Shown here in pieces: positions 60,368-64,000 of a DNA stretch of 64,000 bases (the stretch's first letter is position 1; the number at the start of each line of letters is the position of its first letter). The notes below the pieces were generated by a model. The model was not told the origin of the DNA, searched no databases, and was given only the letters and a program-made list of their open reading frames with translations. The position numbers and the translations under genes are program-made. Source of the stretch: Leptogorgia sarmentosa (lineage: Eukaryota); NCBI GenBank assembly GCA_964658305.1, contig OZ210885.1:23250001-23314000 (forward strand), read 5' to 3'.

Positions 60368-61875
60368 TCATATGGAGCAAAATAGATCCCGCCTATGGAC
60401 AACAAAATTTCGACAATATTTTCTCCAAAACAGTGTTTTAAATGAAGAAATTTACGTATTTCCAATACATTTTACAGTCAGAAACAGTGTAGAAACTTAG
60501 AAAAAATACCGATGGATTATTTGTGATAAAGTTGCCAACCTTAGGATAATCATAGGTCGCTGAACCAGCCACATGCATGACGTAACATTCAGTAGTACAA
60601 TATGACTTACTACGGCTCAAAACAAGTTGAAAAAATCAACCTCTTGTGAACAAACTATGGTCTACTGAAAAGTTAGGTACAGTTACATAAATTTTATGCT
60701 TCTTACCAATGTTAAAATCTTTTAATAATCTGTGAAATGCATATCTGTAGGGAAAAATACCTATATAGAGAAATGCTTTTTTCTGACATAAAAAATTGCG
60801 CGAAAGTTTTAGACACATACTGTCATGCCGGCATAGCGCAAGGTGTTATCCATAATTTGAAGGTGTGAATTAGTACTGAGTTTGGGGCAAGCTTTTTTTC
60901 GGATATACGATATTAGTTACAGCACTGCATATTTCTCAAACATTATTCGCGTGCTGAATAGCGACATGTCTAAAAGAAAGGCGCGAAGTGTAGAAACGAG
61001 TCTCTCGTATAGCATTACATGTATTCTACCCAAATTTCAATGCCAAAACACCTTGTCAAAACTTAACAAGGTATACCAAACTGCGCGATTATGATTGGTT
61101 CCATACCGGAGGTGTTAATGAAGAGGGTGGAGAGGCTGATAAGACCTCGCGAAACATTAATCCGTCATTTACAGCAATTGAAAATATTGCAAATTTCCTC
61201 TACAAAAAGTAAAATAAGTTGACAGCATTTGAACGACAGGACGTTAAACAATATCTGTGCAGCAAAAATGTGTTCGCGTTTTCGATTTAATGAAGTACTT
61301 TCTTATTTACAGGCATTTTCCTCAACCTCGTATTGTCAAAAACACTACATCAACTTTGATGTTCTATATCAAAGCAAGTGAAATGTCTGTCAACAAATGC
61401 GAACACAATTTTCTTCTTTCATCACTTAGGAATAGAAACACGGCATTTCCGAGGTTTTTGGATAAAACCTGCGCTACTTAATTCTCGCAGCGCAAATAGT
61501 GTGCATTTTTAGGAAAACCCTCAGTGTGGCTTTTTGTTAAAGCGTACTGTTCTGCGGTAACGATTGTAGTTTCTCGAGACATTTATCAATATCTGTGCAA
61601 AATTTCAGACAAATTCGTCAAAACCTGAGCGCGCAATGGCAAATTTTCTCAAAGTACTGCTCCATGGTGTGATGTAACCTTAAGGTGTCTGCATATATTA
61701 CCTAATAGTTTCTGTATCTGCGCTTGTGCAGATACATTGCTATTACGCTTGTTAAGTTAAATTCTTTTGCGCTGACGTAACGATAAGTTGGCGGCTGTGG
61801 AGGAGCGGAGGGTATGTTGCAATGTTTTTGCTGATAAAATGCTAAGTGTAGTGTTGGATTCTGAATTCTGAATTT

Positions 61876-63060
61876 TCATATCAAAACAATTAAAAGAGGT
61901 CTGAAGTCTTTGCCTTGAAAGTTTGAATGCTGATAATCTGACAGATCCTTGTCACCAGTATCTTTTTGTGAATTGTCGAATCCTTCTTCTGTAGGAACTT
62001 CACAATTTTCTTCAGCTTGAAGGAAATTTTTGATGCTGTGATTCATCAACTCAGATTTGCTAGGGCAAGGTTGACTCTTCTTCTCTTTCACTTTGTAGTA
62101 TGATTGAGATTTCATATCCATTTTTTCGAGCATTGACAATTCAACTTCCAATTTCCTTTTCTTTGTTTTCAAACTTGATACTTCTTTACATATTGAAGAC
62201 GCTGTTTAATATTGCTTTACATTGGCAAACTTTTCTTGTGACTGTTCAGCATACAGTATTTGGGTAGTTAAGTCCTTGAGATCTTCTTTGACTACCAACA
62301 GTCTTTTTCCTCTCAGTTCACTTGAATAACGTGTGTCGCGTTCTCTATACGTCACGAGACTTGCTGACGCACAAAGTTTGCATGTAATAATGGTTCACAA
62401 ACAACGTGCAGACTGACTTCAATTGTTCGCTTTATTCAGCACAACACAGATATAAACAAACAGTAAAAACTGGGAAATAAACAATGACATTTACATAAAT
62501 TAAGGCTGTAAATAGACCTAAAGACTTCAATGATTGTCCCAGATACTTACTTCTGATTTTCAGTTAAACTACTTTTAAAAAAATGCTAACTTGAAGACAG
62601 AATATCCCGTATACGTAAATTTTAAGACCAAATACGTACGTTCAACGTTTATGAGCCCGCCCGTCGTACATACATACACTTATTACTTCATGCAATAGTA
62701 ATCGAACAATATCAACTAATAACTATATACTACAAAAGTACTGAACGTCACAACGTGGTCGTTTGGGAGCAGAGGTGCTAGAAGATGTTGCACATATACC
62801 AAAAGACTTAGAGCGAGATGTTTTCTTCTTGTACTGGTAGCCATCTTCATGCACTTTTCTTCTTGCTGCTTCAAGAAGCTTTCCACGATTATCAATCAGA
62901 GAGCCATCATCCAGGACCAATTCATATGATGCCTGATTGATAGCATTCTCATATGGTGTTAAAGAAACAGGGTTTTCTTTGCCATAGATTCTGCTTTGCT
63001 GCTTTAGTTCTTGTTCTCATTGTTATTTCAACTTGACTGGTGTTATCCTCTGCCAAAGTC
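61876..63060 (-). pseudogene. Degenerate basic/coiled-coil gene, divergent from the IS3EU-like transposase (possible accessory ORF)
   Basis: Pieces LLEAARRKVHEDGYQYKKKTSRSK..PKRPR and YSSELRGKRLLVVKEDLKDL...KKRKLEVELSMLEK, with a stop and an interruption. Confidence 0.4.
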
Positions 63061-63449
63061 TAAAACAAAATATATATCCTGACAATGTGTATGAAGGGTT
63101 ATTAGGGTCATAATTAAATATTAAGTGATGTTCTTGTTTGCTCGAGTTTTCTGTTTTCAAACCGGCCGAATATAATTTGAAGATAACGAATACAAAGCGA
63201 TAATGGCAGAAAAGATTTCACCATAATCTGAATATAATTCGAAGACTTTCAAATTATGTTCGGCTAATGGCCTGGAACCTCACGGCCAAACCAGACCGCG
63301 TAAATTTCCCGCCATTTCAACATGGCGGATAGGGGAGTTAAAATTTGGGAAGGTAAACCTAGTGGCGGAGAAGTAAACATCGGAAATAAAGCAAACAAAA
63401 TAATTTATGGCCTGGAACCAACCCGCCCTTTTTAATCGTAATGCACAAT

Positions 63450-64000
63450 ATGGCAGACGAATCAATTGCAGTAGAGTTGGGAAAGCGCGTGAATGAAATA
63501 ATTCGCTTAGTGGAGCAGAGATATTTTTGTGACGAAGATTTGATACAATTTCATCTTGATTGGTTGTGCAATGCCATAGTTCGTTATATAGATCAAATTC
63601 CTTCCGGGGAAGCAGTCTTGAACCTTGTATGTGAAGCAGCGGAGCTGTTTATAACAACTAGAGACAGTAATTTAGATCTGAATGCCCCATTTCCCGCTGA
63701 TGTTGTATTTACCAGCAGACGAGGAAGGCCACGCTTGCTTGTGACCAAGGAGCAGCTAGAATTTCTTTTGGATCTTCGATTTACATCTGGTGAGATTGCA
63801 CTGATGTTTGGAGTAAGTGAAAGCACCGTTAAGCGACGAATTAGCGAAAATGACTTGTTTGTCAGGCAAAGGTACTCTGAAATATCTCGAGAAAGTTTAG
63901 ACAGTATGGTTAGACAATTGATGGTAGATTTCCCTAACTGTGGGTACAAGAGAATCACTGGTCTTGTTAGATGCTGGTTATCGAATTCAACAACAGCGAA
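63450..64000 (+). CDS. N-terminal part of an IS3EU-like (HTH + integrase-type) transposase, running off the window, probable frameshift near 63966
   Basis: Absent from the ORF track (no stop in window). MADESIAVELG...RRGRPRLLVTKEQLEFLLDLRFTSGEIALMFGVSESTVKRRISE...RYSEISRESLDSMV...FPNCGYKRITG, then in another frame LDAGYRIQQQR. Confidence 0.7.
   Translation, partial: MADESIAVELGKRVNEIIRLVEQRYFCDEDLIQFHLDWLCNAIVRYIDQIPSGEAVLNLVCEAAELFITTRDSNLDLNAPFPADVVFTSRRGRPRLLVTKEQLEFLLDLRFTSGEIALMFGVSESTVKRRISENDLFVRQRYSEISRESLDSMVRQLMVDFPNCGYKRITGLVRCWLSNSTTA

Noticed and set aside
61600..61683. Possible third Kolobok-like terminus (...GATGTAACC|TTAA)
   Set aside because: No matching second terminus or coding remnant found, so it is not supportable.

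Overview
Eukaryotic (metazoan) genomic DNA made almost entirely of nested transposable elements, with spliceosomal GT-AG introns. The element mix suggests an anthozoan cnidarian (inference). No ordinary host gene was recognised. Left to right: a Sola1-like remnant; an intact Tc1 (DD34E); a Crypton-like tyrosine-recombinase element in a (TA)n tract; a Harbinger end; a Sola-like transposase split by a decayed BEL/Pao element that itself holds a solo LTR; an intact BEL/Pao element with apparently identical LTRs; two complete but dissimilar Kolobok elements, each pairing a THAP-DDE transposase with a convergent spliced gene resembling the P2X7 'ballast' domain; a Gypsy remnant split by a DD37E Tc1-like element; a 28S rRNA fragment; two halves of a CR1/L2-type LINE; a spliced Ulp1-protease/MULE/SWIM/PHD fusion gene; DIRS, hAT and P-like remnants; a near-complete Sola-like transposase; MITEs and hairpins; and the start of an IS3EU-like transposase. 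The most interesting items are the Ulp1-MULE-PHD fusion, whose protease exons the ORF track mostly misses, and the Kolobok two-gene modules with symmetric CRE-containing subterminal repeats. All family calls come from reading motifs by eye; no database search was run.
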